From positions 15,948-79,947 of the forward strand of contig CAZIDX010000003.1 in NCBI GenBank assembly GCA_964538435.1: a stretch of DNA of 64,000 nucleotides. Direction: 5' to 3'. This stretch comes from an uncultured Gammaproteobacteria bacterium (GTDB taxonomy: Bacteria; Patescibacteriota; Patescibacteriia; UBA9934; GWF2-40-263). A model generated the notes under the pieces. That model searched no databases. It was given only the letters and a program-made list of their open reading frames with translations, and had not been told where the DNA came from. This document shows positions 30,362-39,301 of the stretch, in pieces. Made by a program: the position numbers and the translations under genes. Numbering within the stretch: position 1 is the stretch's first letter; every line of letters begins with the position of its first letter.

Positions 30362-30592
30362 AATTCGTCCTCAATGTATAAAAAGTATATCATAGGGAGA
30401 GGTAATCAAACACGTTTATGGACACAGATCATGCACAGCAAAAAGAAGAAGCGCGATCAAAACGCCGCAGCAAGAAAAAGAACCCAAAAATGGCCATGCA
30501 TGGCAAAGGCATGAAACGCTTTGCTTCTAAAGGAAAGAAGACCTCCTAACCATTGACGTTTCTCGCTAAAAATGATACCCTCCGGACGTTAT

Positions 30593-30814
30593 ATGAACAT
30601 CGAACTTATCCTCAATATCGCCCAAATGATCCTTGCTGTACTACTTGTAGTATCAATTATGCTGCAATCACAGGGGGCAGGACTGGGCGCAGCCTTTGGT
30701 GGAGGTGGAAACACCTTTCGAACCAAACGCGGAGCTGAGAAAAAAATCTTCCAGCTCACAATTGTCTTTTCAATTCTTTTCTTTGGCATTGCTCTTGCGA
30801 ATGTCCTCATCTAG
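30593..30814 (+). CDS. secG: Preprotein translocase subunit SecG
   Basis: MNIELILNIAQMILAVLLVVSIMLQSQGAGLGAAFGGGGNTFRTKRGAEKKIFQLTIVFSILFFGIALANVLI, with the typical SecG two-helix + Gly-rich loop. Promoter-like TTGACG-N17-TGATACC sits upstream. Confidence 0.7.
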   Translation: MNIELILNIAQMILAVLLVVSIMLQSQGAGLGAAFGGGGNTFRTKRGAEKKIFQLTIVFSILFFGIALANVLI

Positions 30815-30820
30815 CACTCT

Positions 30821-32785
30821 GTGCCTGACATACGCACGTTTTTAAAATCGCTAAAGAAGAAACCGGTCAACAAGACAAAAGACCTGACCATGCGCCAGGT
30901 CCTTTCCGTCTCAAACAACCGGTTGTTTCCGTCGCTTCGACAATGGAAACAGCTTCCAAAAATCCTCACATCAAAAGAACGGTTCACTCTTAAGGGTGCA
31001 ACCCTGCTGATCCTTCTCTCTCTGATCTCAATGATCGGAGTATTTGCTCTTGAGCACCGAGTAGAAATTCCAGCTGTTGGAGGTGAATACACAGAAGGTC
31101 TCATTGGAGAACCGCAATTTATCAATCCGCTTTACGCATCAGCCAACAATGCTGACGAAGACCTCACAAAACTTGTATTCTCTGGCCTGCTCAAGTGGGA
31201 TGCAGAAAATGGTTTTGTAACAGATCTAGCATCGTCTTACACAACCAACGAGGACGGAACAATCTACACACTCAACATTCGAGACAACGCCCGATTCCAT
31301 GACGGCGAAGAAGTTCGAGCTCGGGACGTGCTTTTCACAATCAACGCCATACAAAACCCATCGTACCGATCCCCACTTGCAGCACAATTTGATGGTGTAT
31401 CAGTTGTCCAAGAAGATGATAAAACCATCTCCTTTATCTTGGACGAACCCTTCACACCATTTGAGCAGTATCTAACCGTGGGAATCATGCCAGCAAGCCA
31501 TTGGGCTGAAATCCTGCCTCAGAGCGTGCCACTCGCAGCACTGAACCTACAACCAATTGGATCAGGTCCTTACAAATTCAAAGAATTTTCAAAAGACAAA
31601 AACGGGAGCATTCACTCCTACACACTCGAGCGCAACTCAGACTACTATGCAGGCGCACCACTCCTTGAAACACTGAACTTTAAATTCTATTCAGACGCAC
31701 TGTCTGGGACGCAAGCACTCGAGGACAAACATGTTGAAGGCGTGAGCCTGGTTGACTACTCGCAAATTGAAAGCGTGCGCGAAAATAAAAATGTCCAGCT
31801 CATCCAGCCGCTCATGCCGCGTCTGGTCACGCTATATTTCAATGAACAAACAAATCTCATTCTCACAGACATCATTGTCCGAAGAGCAATCACACAAGGA
31901 ATTGACACCCAAACACTTAAGACCACGCTCTTTGGTGAAAATGGCGTTGTCGCAAGCGGACCGCTTGTTACCGGAATGATTGGATTCACCCAACGAGAAT
32001 CCCTATTCAACCAGAGTGCGGCAAACATGGCGCTGGATGAATCAGGCTACGATAAGCAATCCTACGGTGAAGCACGTCTTGTGAAAGCAGATCTTGCAGA
32101 CGAAATCCGCAAGCTCCAAGGTGAAGAAGAGACTGAGACAGCAGAAGAAGCAGAGGAAGAGGAAACGGATAACACAAACGCAGACGAAGAAACAATCGAT
32201 GAGGAAACCTCAGCTGATGAAGAGACGGTGGAAACCACCGAAGAAACACCAGCCCCTCAGGCAACAAATGACCCAACCCTTTCTTTTACACTCACAACCA
32301 CAGCAAGCGCAGAACTTGAAGCTGCAGCTAAGCTTATCAAAACTGACCTGGCAGAAATCGGCATAGAGATCGAAATCCTAACCGTCCCAGCAGAACTCTT
32401 CTACACAGAAGTTATTGAACCAAGAAACTTCGAGATCCTTCTCACTCCTGTCATGCTTGGAGCTGACTCAGATGTGTACTCATACTGGCACTCTTCCCAA
32501 ATTGACACCGGACTCAATCTTGCTGGATACGAAAACGAAGACGTGGACACGCTGCTTGATGAAGCTCGCACTGAAACCGACAAAGACGTCCGTGCAGAAA
32601 AGTATGCACAGTTCCAAGAACTTGTTACAGCAGACATGCCTGCCGTATTCCTCTATCAATCCCCATACAGCTACGCTGCTGCAGAGAAAATCAAAAACGT
32701 TGTAATCAACACCATCATCAACCCCGCAGATCGATTCAGAGCAATCAACATGTGGTACAGTAAAACAAAGAAGGGGCTCAAGTAA
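30821..32785 (+). CDS. ABC transporter substrate-binding protein, family 5 (OppA/DppA-like), with an acidic low-complexity insertion
   Basis: N-terminal TM/signal. GGEYTEGLIGEPQFINPLYASANNADEDLTKLVFSGLLKWD matches the family-5 solute-binding-protein N-lobe. Insert EEETETAEEAEEEETDNTNADEETIDEETSADEETVETTEETPAP. Confidence 0.65.
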   Translation: MPDIRTFLKSLKKKPVNKTKDLTMRQVLSVSNNRLFPSLRQWKQLPKILTSKERFTLKGATLLILLSLISMIGVFALEHRVEIPAVGGEYTEGLIGEPQFINPLYASANNADEDLTKLVFSGLLKWDAENGFVTDLASSYTTNEDGTIYTLNIRDNARFHDGEEVRARDVLFTINAIQNPSYRSPLAAQFDGVSVVQEDDKTISFILDEPFTPFEQYLTVGIMPASHWAEILPQSVPLAALNLQPIGSGPYKFKEFSKDKNGSIHSYTLERNSDYYAGAPLLETLNFKFYSDALSGTQALEDKHVEGVSLVDYSQIESVRENKNVQLIQPLMPRLVTLYFNEQTNLILTDIIVRRAITQGIDTQTLKTTLFGENGVVASGPLVTGMIGFTQRESLFNQSAANMALDESGYDKQSYGEARLVKADLADEIRKLQGEEETETAEEAEEEETDNTNADEETIDEETSADEETVETTEETPAPQATNDPTLSFTLTTTASAELEAAAKLIKTDLAEIGIEIEILTVPAELFYTEVIEPRNFEILLTPVMLGADSDVYSYWHSSQIDTGLNLAGYENEDVDTLLDEARTETDKDVRAEKYAQFQELVTADMPAVFLYQSPYSYAAAEKIKNVVINTIINPADRFRAINMWYSKTKKGLK

Positions 32786-32922
32786 CATGATTTTTTCCGT
32801 CCCGCTAAACCTTAGCGGGGTCAAAAAGATCACGTCGAGAGAGAAGAGAGTAACGCACATTCACAACTGAAGACATAACCCAAAACTTATCAAACCCGAT
32901 GTAAATCGGGGTATTCAAATTT

Positions 32923-34755
32923 ATGGTTACAAAAAAACCCACACGACGCAAAGCGTCTGGCGGGTCTGGGAAAAAGCCAAGCAAGGCAAAAAAACAAACG
33001 TCCAAATACAAAGGACGCGTTTTTCGTGCAAAAAAGAAACCTTCAAAAGGTAAAAAGGCTGTCCAGACTCGAACAAAGACGATTCGCGCACCAGGAGGAG
33101 AAAAACTCCGTATTATTATGCTTGGAGGATGCGAAGAAGTTGGTCGAAACTGCACGCTACTTGAATACAAAAACGACATCATCTTCATCGACATGGGACT
33201 CGAGTTCCCAGAAGAAAGCATGCCAGGAGTGGACTACATCATTCCAAACATGAAGTACCTCAAGGGAAAGGAAAAGAACATTCGAGGAGTTGTCATCACT
33301 CACGGTCACTACGACCACATCGGTGCCATCCCTCACACCATTCCAGAAATCGGCAACCCGCCGGTCTACACCCTCCCTCTCACAGCAGCGATCGTAAAAC
33401 GTCGCCAAGAGGACTTCCACACCAAAAAGCTCGACATCAAAGTCACACAACTCAATGATGTCCTAAAGCTCGGTGCCTTCACGGTTTCGTTCTTCCACCT
33501 CAACCACAACATCCCTGACTCTGTTGGAACAGTTGTTGAGACACCTGTTGGAACCATCATTCACACAGGTGACTGGAAGTTCGACTTCCACCCTGCTGGA
33601 GAAGAGCACCCAGACTTCCAACGCATGGCAGAACTCGGGAAAAAAGGCGTCCTTGCACTTATGGGAGACTCAACAAACTCCAATAAGGAAGGACACCAAA
33701 TCTCTGAAAAAGTCATTGCAGAGGAAATTACAGGCATCATCGACAATGCTGAAGGTCGCGTCATCATCGGAACATTCGCTTCCCTGATCGCACGCGTGAA
33801 ACAAATCATTGAAATCTCAGAATCACTTGGAAAGAAAGTAGCAATCGACGGCTACTCCATGCGCACCAACGTAGAGATCGCAAAAGAAATTGGCTTTATC
33901 AAATGCAACAAGTCCACCTTGATCAAGCCAGAGCAAATGGATAGCTACGACGATAAAAAAGTTGTCCTCATCTGCACCGGAGCACAAGGTGAAGCACGAG
34001 CCGCACTCAACCGCATTGCAAACGGCGAACACAAAAGCGTTTCCATCCGACCGACTGACACCGTGATCTTTTCTTCATCAGTCATCCCAGGAAACGAAGC
34101 CGCTGTGCAACGCCTCATGGACACCGTGTACCGCAAGCGAGCAAAAGTCATCCACTACCAAGTCATGGACGTTCATGCTGGAGGACATGCAAAGAAAGAA
34201 GACATCAAGCTCATGCTTGCGCTTATCAAACCAAAGTACTACATCCCAATCGAAGGAAACCACTTCCTGCTCCGCGAAAACGCAGGCGTGGCTTACTCAA
34301 TGGGATGGGATGAAGACCATGTGTTCATTCCAGACAACGGACAGGTGATGGAGTTCTGGAAAGGTGGTGCACGCAAGACACAAGAAAAAGTACCAACTGA
34401 TTACGTCTTCGTAGACGGACTCGGTGTAGGAGACGTCTCTCAAGTCGTGCTCCGCGACCGAAAACTCTTGGCTGAAGAAGGAATGGTTGTCGTGATCGTT
34501 CAAGTTGAAAAGAGAACCGGTAAGCTCATCGGAAGCCCAGATATCATCTCTCGAGGATTCATCTACATGAAGGAGCACCAAGAGCTCATCAAGCAGACCC
34601 GAGACCGCGTAAAGAAACTCGTGGTCGACAAGGATCCAAAATCTGCCGCAGACACAAAATACATCCGCGACCAGATCCGAGACAAAATTGGAACGTTCCT
34701 CTTCAAAAAGACCGAACGCCGCCCAATGGTCCTTCCAGTGATCATCGAGGTATAA
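32923..34755 (+). CDS. rnj: Ribonuclease J (metallo-beta-lactamase/beta-CASP) with Lys-rich N-terminal extension
   Basis: HGHYDHIG motif and beta-CASP region. Overall RNase J architecture, 610 aa. N-terminal KKPTRRKASGGSGKKPSKAKKQTSKYKGR basic tail. Confidence 0.85.
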   Translation: MVTKKPTRRKASGGSGKKPSKAKKQTSKYKGRVFRAKKKPSKGKKAVQTRTKTIRAPGGEKLRIIMLGGCEEVGRNCTLLEYKNDIIFIDMGLEFPEESMPGVDYIIPNMKYLKGKEKNIRGVVITHGHYDHIGAIPHTIPEIGNPPVYTLPLTAAIVKRRQEDFHTKKLDIKVTQLNDVLKLGAFTVSFFHLNHNIPDSVGTVVETPVGTIIHTGDWKFDFHPAGEEHPDFQRMAELGKKGVLALMGDSTNSNKEGHQISEKVIAEEITGIIDNAEGRVIIGTFASLIARVKQIIEISESLGKKVAIDGYSMRTNVEIAKEIGFIKCNKSTLIKPEQMDSYDDKKVVLICTGAQGEARAALNRIANGEHKSVSIRPTDTVIFSSSVIPGNEAAVQRLMDTVYRKRAKVIHYQVMDVHAGGHAKKEDIKLMLALIKPKYYIPIEGNHFLLRENAGVAYSMGWDEDHVFIPDNGQVMEFWKGGARKTQEKVPTDYVFVDGLGVGDVSQVVLRDRKLLAEEGMVVVIVQVEKRTGKLIGSPDIISRGFIYMKEHQELIKQTRDRVKKLVVDKDPKSAADTKYIRDQIRDKIGTFLFKKTERRPMVLPVIIEV

Positions 34756-34857
34756 ACATGTGAATTCACTTCGTACCTACGAAATAAATTCACCAAAACA
34801 TACAAAAACACCCCATTTCCCGGGGTGTTTTTGTATTATACACCCCCACCCCACCCT

Positions 34858-34971
34858 GTCATCCTGGAGGAGTCTTTGTTGACTGAAGGATCCCACACAA
34901 AGCAAGAAATTCTGCAATGAGCAGCTTCAAGCTGTTTCCTGGAGGGGATCCTTCGCTTCGCTCAGGATGAC
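34858..34971. repeat. Nested inverted repeat / structured intergenic element between rnj and trpS
   Basis: Outer arms GTCATCCTG / CAGGATGAC, inner arms TGAAGGATCC / GGATCCTTCG. No T-box consensus present. Confidence 0.4.
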
Positions 34972-35030
34972 AATTTTTGTGAGGGTTGTGTTTTTGCCAC
35001 TTTCCCCCACTTTCTTTATACTACCCCCAT

Positions 35031-36014
35031 ATGCAACGAGTACTCACAGCCCTGCAACCATCGGGCGTTCTCCATATTGGAAACTATTTTGGCGCTATTG
35101 AGCCAATGGTATCGCTTCAGGACACAAGCGAGAACTTTTTGTTTGCCGTGGACTACCACGCAATCACGGTCCCACAAGACCCAGAAGAGCTTCGCAAAAA
35201 CCTCCTGTTCGCCACAGCAACCTACCTAGCCGCTGGCATTGACCCAGAAAAGACCGTGCTCTTCCAGCAATCACTGGTCCCACAGCACACCGAGCTTGGC
35301 TGGGTGCTCAACTGCCTCACGTACATGGGCGAACTTGAGCGCATGACACAGTTCAAAGACAAAGCGCGCGGCAAAGGCGAATCTGTCTCTGTTGGACTCT
35401 TTGATTACCCTGTGCTCATGGCAGCCGACATCCTTCTCTACGACACAGAAGTTGTCCCAGTTGGACACGATCAAAAGCAGCACCTTGAGCTCGCACGAGA
35501 CCTAGCACAGCGCTTTAACAAACGCTTCGGAGAGACATTTGTTGTACCAAAACCAGAGATCCGAAAAACAGGCGCGCGCATCATGGCGCTCGACAACCCA
35601 GACAACAAAATGTCCAAGTCAGCTGAGAGCGCAAAGAGCTACATCTCTCTGATGGATGACGAAGCAACTGTGCTCAAGAAGATTAAGTCCGCTGTCACTG
35701 ACTCAGAAGGCACAATCAAATTCAATCCCGAGCGTCTCGGAGTCGCAAATCTCATGAGCATCTACTCCCTTGTCACAGACAAGACGCTCGAAGAGATCGA
35801 GACCATGTACGAAGGTAAAGGCTACGGCGACTTCAAAACAGACCTGGCAGCTAACATCACTGCATACCTGACCCCGCTCCAAGAAAAAGTAAACGCACTC
35901 ATGGCTGAACCTGAAAAACTCACAACCATTCTCGAGCAAGGCGCAGCAAAAGCCTGCGAGCTTGCAGAAGCAAAAATGAAAGATGTGAGAAAGAAAATCG
36001 GAGTTGCTCTTTAG
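35031..36014 (+). CDS. trpS: Tryptophanyl-tRNA synthetase
   Basis: Start MQRVLTALQPSGVLHIGNYFGAI (HIGH-type motif). KMSKS present (NKMSKSAES). 327 aa. Confidence 0.85.
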   Translation: MQRVLTALQPSGVLHIGNYFGAIEPMVSLQDTSENFLFAVDYHAITVPQDPEELRKNLLFATATYLAAGIDPEKTVLFQQSLVPQHTELGWVLNCLTYMGELERMTQFKDKARGKGESVSVGLFDYPVLMAADILLYDTEVVPVGHDQKQHLELARDLAQRFNKRFGETFVVPKPEIRKTGARIMALDNPDNKMSKSAESAKSYISLMDDEATVLKKIKSAVTDSEGTIKFNPERLGVANLMSIYSLVTDKTLEEIETMYEGKGYGDFKTDLAANITAYLTPLQEKVNALMAEPEKLTTILEQGAAKACELAEAKMKDVRKKIGVAL

Positions 36015-36150
36015 TCAAAAAGACCAAAAACCCGCCAGAAGGTGGGTTTTTAGGTTGACAAAAGTGCCAAAACGTGCTATGGTAGTTAACCAAAACTGAA
36101 CAACCCTGAAACGAACAACTCTCTGCACAACATGCAGATGAAAGGACGCT

Positions 36151-36498
36151 GTGAGAACTCTCAAAGCCCTCGGAATCGGATCCTTCATCCTGATGATCGC
36201 CGCCATCTTCGTCATGGTCGCTGGCCAGCGGTACGGCATGTACCGCGTCGGTGCCTCGAGCCTGATCGACAACCCCCACCACCTCCAGACCACGGGAGGC
36301 TGGTACTCGATCTCCGGTGACAGCCCCCGCGTCACCAAGGTGCTCGGCTGCTACTACGTCAGCACCATCGACACCCGCCCTCACTCCCGCAACAGCCGCC
36401 GCGCCTGGGAGGCCCGAGGCTGGATGATCGACGACGACCTCAAGGTCATCCTCGACAACCAGATCGCGGAGCAGAAGATGGCCGACAACAACCCCTAG
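36151..36498 (+). CDS. Hypothetical small membrane or secreted protein (GC-rich class, about 62% GC)
   Basis: 115 aa with an N-terminal hydrophobic segment ALGIGSFILMIAAIFVMVAG and strongly GC3-biased codons. Confidence 0.4.
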   Translation: MRTLKALGIGSFILMIAAIFVMVAGQRYGMYRVGASSLIDNPHHLQTTGGWYSISGDSPRVTKVLGCYYVSTIDTRPHSRNSRRAWEARGWMIDDDLKVILDNQIAEQKMADNNP

Positions 36499-36658
36499 CC
36501 CCCAACGGACCCCGTCCGCGAACGAGCCCTGCTGCTCGCGCGGCGGGGTTATTTCGTTTAGCAACCCCCATGGAGATGGCGACCTGAAGGCCTCGACGGC
36601 CTGACAGGTCGCAGCCCCCACCACCCCTCCCAAAGGCCCAGGACGTCAAACGGCCGTT

Positions 36659-36748
36659 CGAGGTATTGTGAGAAAAATCACGAGGTGGTGGTCGTCTATC
36701 CTGCGAGACGGCCCGGCTCCGCCTCGTTATTTTTCTCACAATACCTCG
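36659..36748 (+). repeat. Hairpin-embedded conserved-core element, copy 1
   Basis: Core GAGGTGGTGGTCGTCTATCCTGCGAGACGGCCCGGCTCCGCC (36682-36723) flanked by 24-bp perfect inverted repeat cgaggtattgtgagaaaaatcac / tcgttatttttctcacaatacctcg. Confidence 0.8.
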
Positions 36749-36894
36749 TGGCCGCCCCAAGCCCCCGCAGAAAGATCCGAGCGAAAACGCAACCAGACAA
36801 AGGCGAAGGAATGACGAAAGAAGGAAGGAAAGAAAAAAGGAAGGCAAAAAGAATTAGAAAAGCACCACGCCTGTGCGCAGTGCCCCGTATCCCT

Positions 36895-39060
36895 TTACCG
36901 GGAGAAAACGAGTTTGAACTCGAAGTGTTCGTTTGTCGCGTCCTCAACGCATGCCTGCTGAATCATCAGGAAGCTTTCCTCCAGATCAGTCTGCCCAACA
37001 TGCCTAACAGCTCGCTGATAAGCCTGGTTGCAGGCATCGACGTCCACCCTCCGGATCGTATCCACCTTGACCGTGACGTCCTTCGTGGACCAAACCTCCT
37101 CAGGCGCAACTGGAGCCATGTTGAAGCTCCCAAGGTACCCATTCGTGCGACCGCAACTCTCGTCCGCGCACATCTGAAAACCGATCGCTGTCTGCTTGGG
37201 ATCATCCTCAACGAGCTCGATGGAAGGAGCACCCGCAGGCGATCCTGTCAGGCGATAGTCAGCAATGTGACCGTTGCTCACGATCCCATCTATGGGACGA
37301 CCCGTCCAGACGAACACACCAGGACGAGGAACATCGTTGATGATCAGTGCCGCGCGAACCGGAGAGCGGCGCTCATCCAGCTGGAGCAATGCTCGCAGTG
37401 TAACCTCTTGATCATGCCTGTTGACGGTCTTGTACTTGATCAGAAGCTCATCGCCCGCGAGTGTGATCCGCTCGTAGTCACTCAACTCGAGCACAACAAC
37501 CTCTTCCCGCGCGCTCTTGAGCGTAATTCGACCAGTTTCCCAGTCGATCTTGGCTATACTCGCCTCGTGATCATACGCCCAGGTGTCCACGCGCCTGTCA
37601 AAGATGTCGCTGGTGTAAACCTGATAGGTCACACCGCGAAACCCCTCATGCTCGACATCTTCGACCGCAGCCAAGTCATCCTTGGCATCGATCTTACCAT
37701 CGCAGTCGTTGTCCACGCCATCGACCCACTCCGGAGCCTGAGGATGCACAAAGGGGTTGTGATCATCGCAGTCACCATCAGCCCTACGAGCCCCGTCCTT
37801 GTCCAGGTCCTGATAGAGTGTGCCCTCATCCACGATTCCGTCGCAGTCGTTGTCGATTTCGTCGCCTCGGACTCCGCCTTCGGTGCTCACTCCCTCGCGC
37901 GCACCAGGATGGACGTGATCGTTTGTGTCGTCACAGTCGCCAGGAAGGAGGTCAGGTGTCCGGCACTTCTCTTCGTGCTCGCAGTAGCCGTCACCATCGT
38001 CGTCAGTTTCGACTCCGTTGTTGTCTGCAATCCCATCGCAGTCGTTATCCACGGTGAGGCGTTTGAAGAAATGAGCATTTTCGAAGGCAGTGATGAATTC
38101 TGACAGCGTAACATCCCCGACGGTGTAGTCGATGCCTTTTTCGATTTCAACTCGTATGACAACCACGTCTTCCTTGATACTCTCGGATTCGCACACTCCT
38201 TCTTCGTTGCAGAAGATGGGGTGGTGAATCTCGTTTGCACCCGGGTGCACGAACTTGTCTTCGTCATTGCAGTCGCCAGGCTTTGCATCTTCGTCCGTGC
38301 ACCGGTCCACAGCTGCGCAGTATCCATCGCCGTCGTTGTCGTGATGGATGGTGCCTTCGTCCGTGTATCGGTCACAGTCATTGTTGATGCCGTCGCCGTG
38401 CATGCCGTCCTTGTAGACCTCGCCTTCGGGCGCGTCAGGGTAGATGCCAGGGTTGGTGTCATCGCAATCGCCAGGCTTGATCTTCTCGCTCGAGCATCGA
38501 CGTTCGCAGTAGCCATCGCCATCATCATCAGACCGCTCTGTGTCTTCGTCGACTTTGCCATCGCAGTCGTTGTCGACACCAATTCCCATGTCCTTGTAAT
38601 CACGACGGAAGACCTCAGGAGCACCTGGGTAGACGTCCTTGTCCTCGTCATTGCAGTCGTTGGGCTCGGCATCATCGCGACACTGGACTTCGTACTCACA
38701 AAAGCCGTCACCGTCGTTGTCCACGTCGATGGCGCCTTCGTCAGTCACTCCGTCGCAGTCGTTGTCGACACCATCACCAAAGAATGGCGTGTGCTCGGTG
38801 GGTTCCTCGAGGGCGTTGGGGTGAACGAACTTGTCTTCGTCGTTGCAATCCCCGATCTTGAGATCCTCAGACTCACACGACTCCTCGTGTGAGCAGAACC
38901 CATCGCCGTCGCGGTCTACCTTGAGCAGAGCGATTTCTTCTGCGCTGCGGTCGTTGTCGACTCCTTTGGGGAAAAAAGTGCTTACAACCAATGCAAGCAG
39001 AGCACCGACCCCAATGATCGCAGCAATTCTGATTAGCCATTCTTGTGCAGATGGACTCAT
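36895..39060 (-). CDS. Secreted/membrane-anchored protein with many MopE-like putative metal-binding repeats (CxDxDxxVxPGAxExCDGxDNDCDG) and a C-terminal globular domain
   Basis: N-terminal anchor WLIRIAAIIGVGALLALVVSTFF. Ten or more repeats such as CNDEDKFVHPNALE...GVDNDCDGVTDEG and CDDTNPGIYPDAPEG...GINNDCDRYTDEG. GC-rich codons. Confidence 0.55.
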   Translation of the reverse strand: MSPSAQEWLIRIAAIIGVGALLALVVSTFFPKGVDNDRSAEEIALLKVDRDGDGFCSHEESCESEDLKIGDCNDEDKFVHPNALEEPTEHTPFFGDGVDNDCDGVTDEGAIDVDNDGDGFCEYEVQCRDDAEPNDCNDEDKDVYPGAPEVFRRDYKDMGIGVDNDCDGKVDEDTERSDDDGDGYCERRCSSEKIKPGDCDDTNPGIYPDAPEGEVYKDGMHGDGINNDCDRYTDEGTIHHDNDGDGYCAAVDRCTDEDAKPGDCNDEDKFVHPGANEIHHPIFCNEEGVCESESIKEDVVVIRVEIEKGIDYTVGDVTLSEFITAFENAHFFKRLTVDNDCDGIADNNGVETDDDGDGYCEHEEKCRTPDLLPGDCDDTNDHVHPGAREGVSTEGGVRGDEIDNDCDGIVDEGTLYQDLDKDGARRADGDCDDHNPFVHPQAPEWVDGVDNDCDGKIDAKDDLAAVEDVEHEGFRGVTYQVYTSDIFDRRVDTWAYDHEASIAKIDWETGRITLKSAREEVVVLELSDYERITLAGDELLIKYKTVNRHDQEVTLRALLQLDERRSPVRAALIINDVPRPGVFVWTGRPIDGIVSNGHIADYRLTGSPAGAPSIELVEDDPKQTAIGFQMCADESCGRTNGYLGSFNMAPVAPEEVWSTKDVTVKVDTIRRVDVDACNQAYQRAVRHVGQTDLEESFLMIQQACVEDATNEHFEFKLVFSR

Positions 39061-39164
39061 GTGAAAGAGCTCCTTGCTTTGGAGTTGAAGATTCGCAAGA
39101 CAAACGACTTTGTCACAAAATCCCCATTATGTCAATAGAAAACAAAGCTGTGACAACACCCTTC

Positions 39165-39272
39165 AACCAAACAAGAGCGAAGCTATGGTGCGATAAAGAA
39201 TTTTCGAGGTGGTGGTCATCTAGACAGCGCGATGGCCCGGCTCCGCCGAGAAAACTCTTTATTGCACCATGG
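39165..39272 (+). repeat. Hairpin-embedded conserved-core element, copy 2 (with 5' AAGAGCGAAGCT module)
   Basis: Core GAGGTGGTGGTCATCTAGACAGCGCGATGGCCCGGCTCCGCC (39206-39247). Flanks ctatggtgcgataaagaattttc / gagaaaactctttattgcaccatgg. Confidence 0.8.
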
Positions 39273-39301
39273 CGAGCGTATTAGAAAACACCCGCAGTTG
39301 C

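Noticed and set aside
34756-35030. T-box riboswitch upstream of trpS
   Set aside because: No T-box sequence (AGGGTGGNACCGCG-like) or stem-I specifier features. Only a generic nested inverted repeat.
36685-38103. 472-aa plus-strand ORF (and similarly 54721..55416, 231 aa)
   Set aside because: Both start inside copies of the conserved-core repeat (MVVVYPARRPGSA / MRICEVVVVYPSRRPGSA is the core translated). Both run antisense through real minus-strand genes with junk-like composition.
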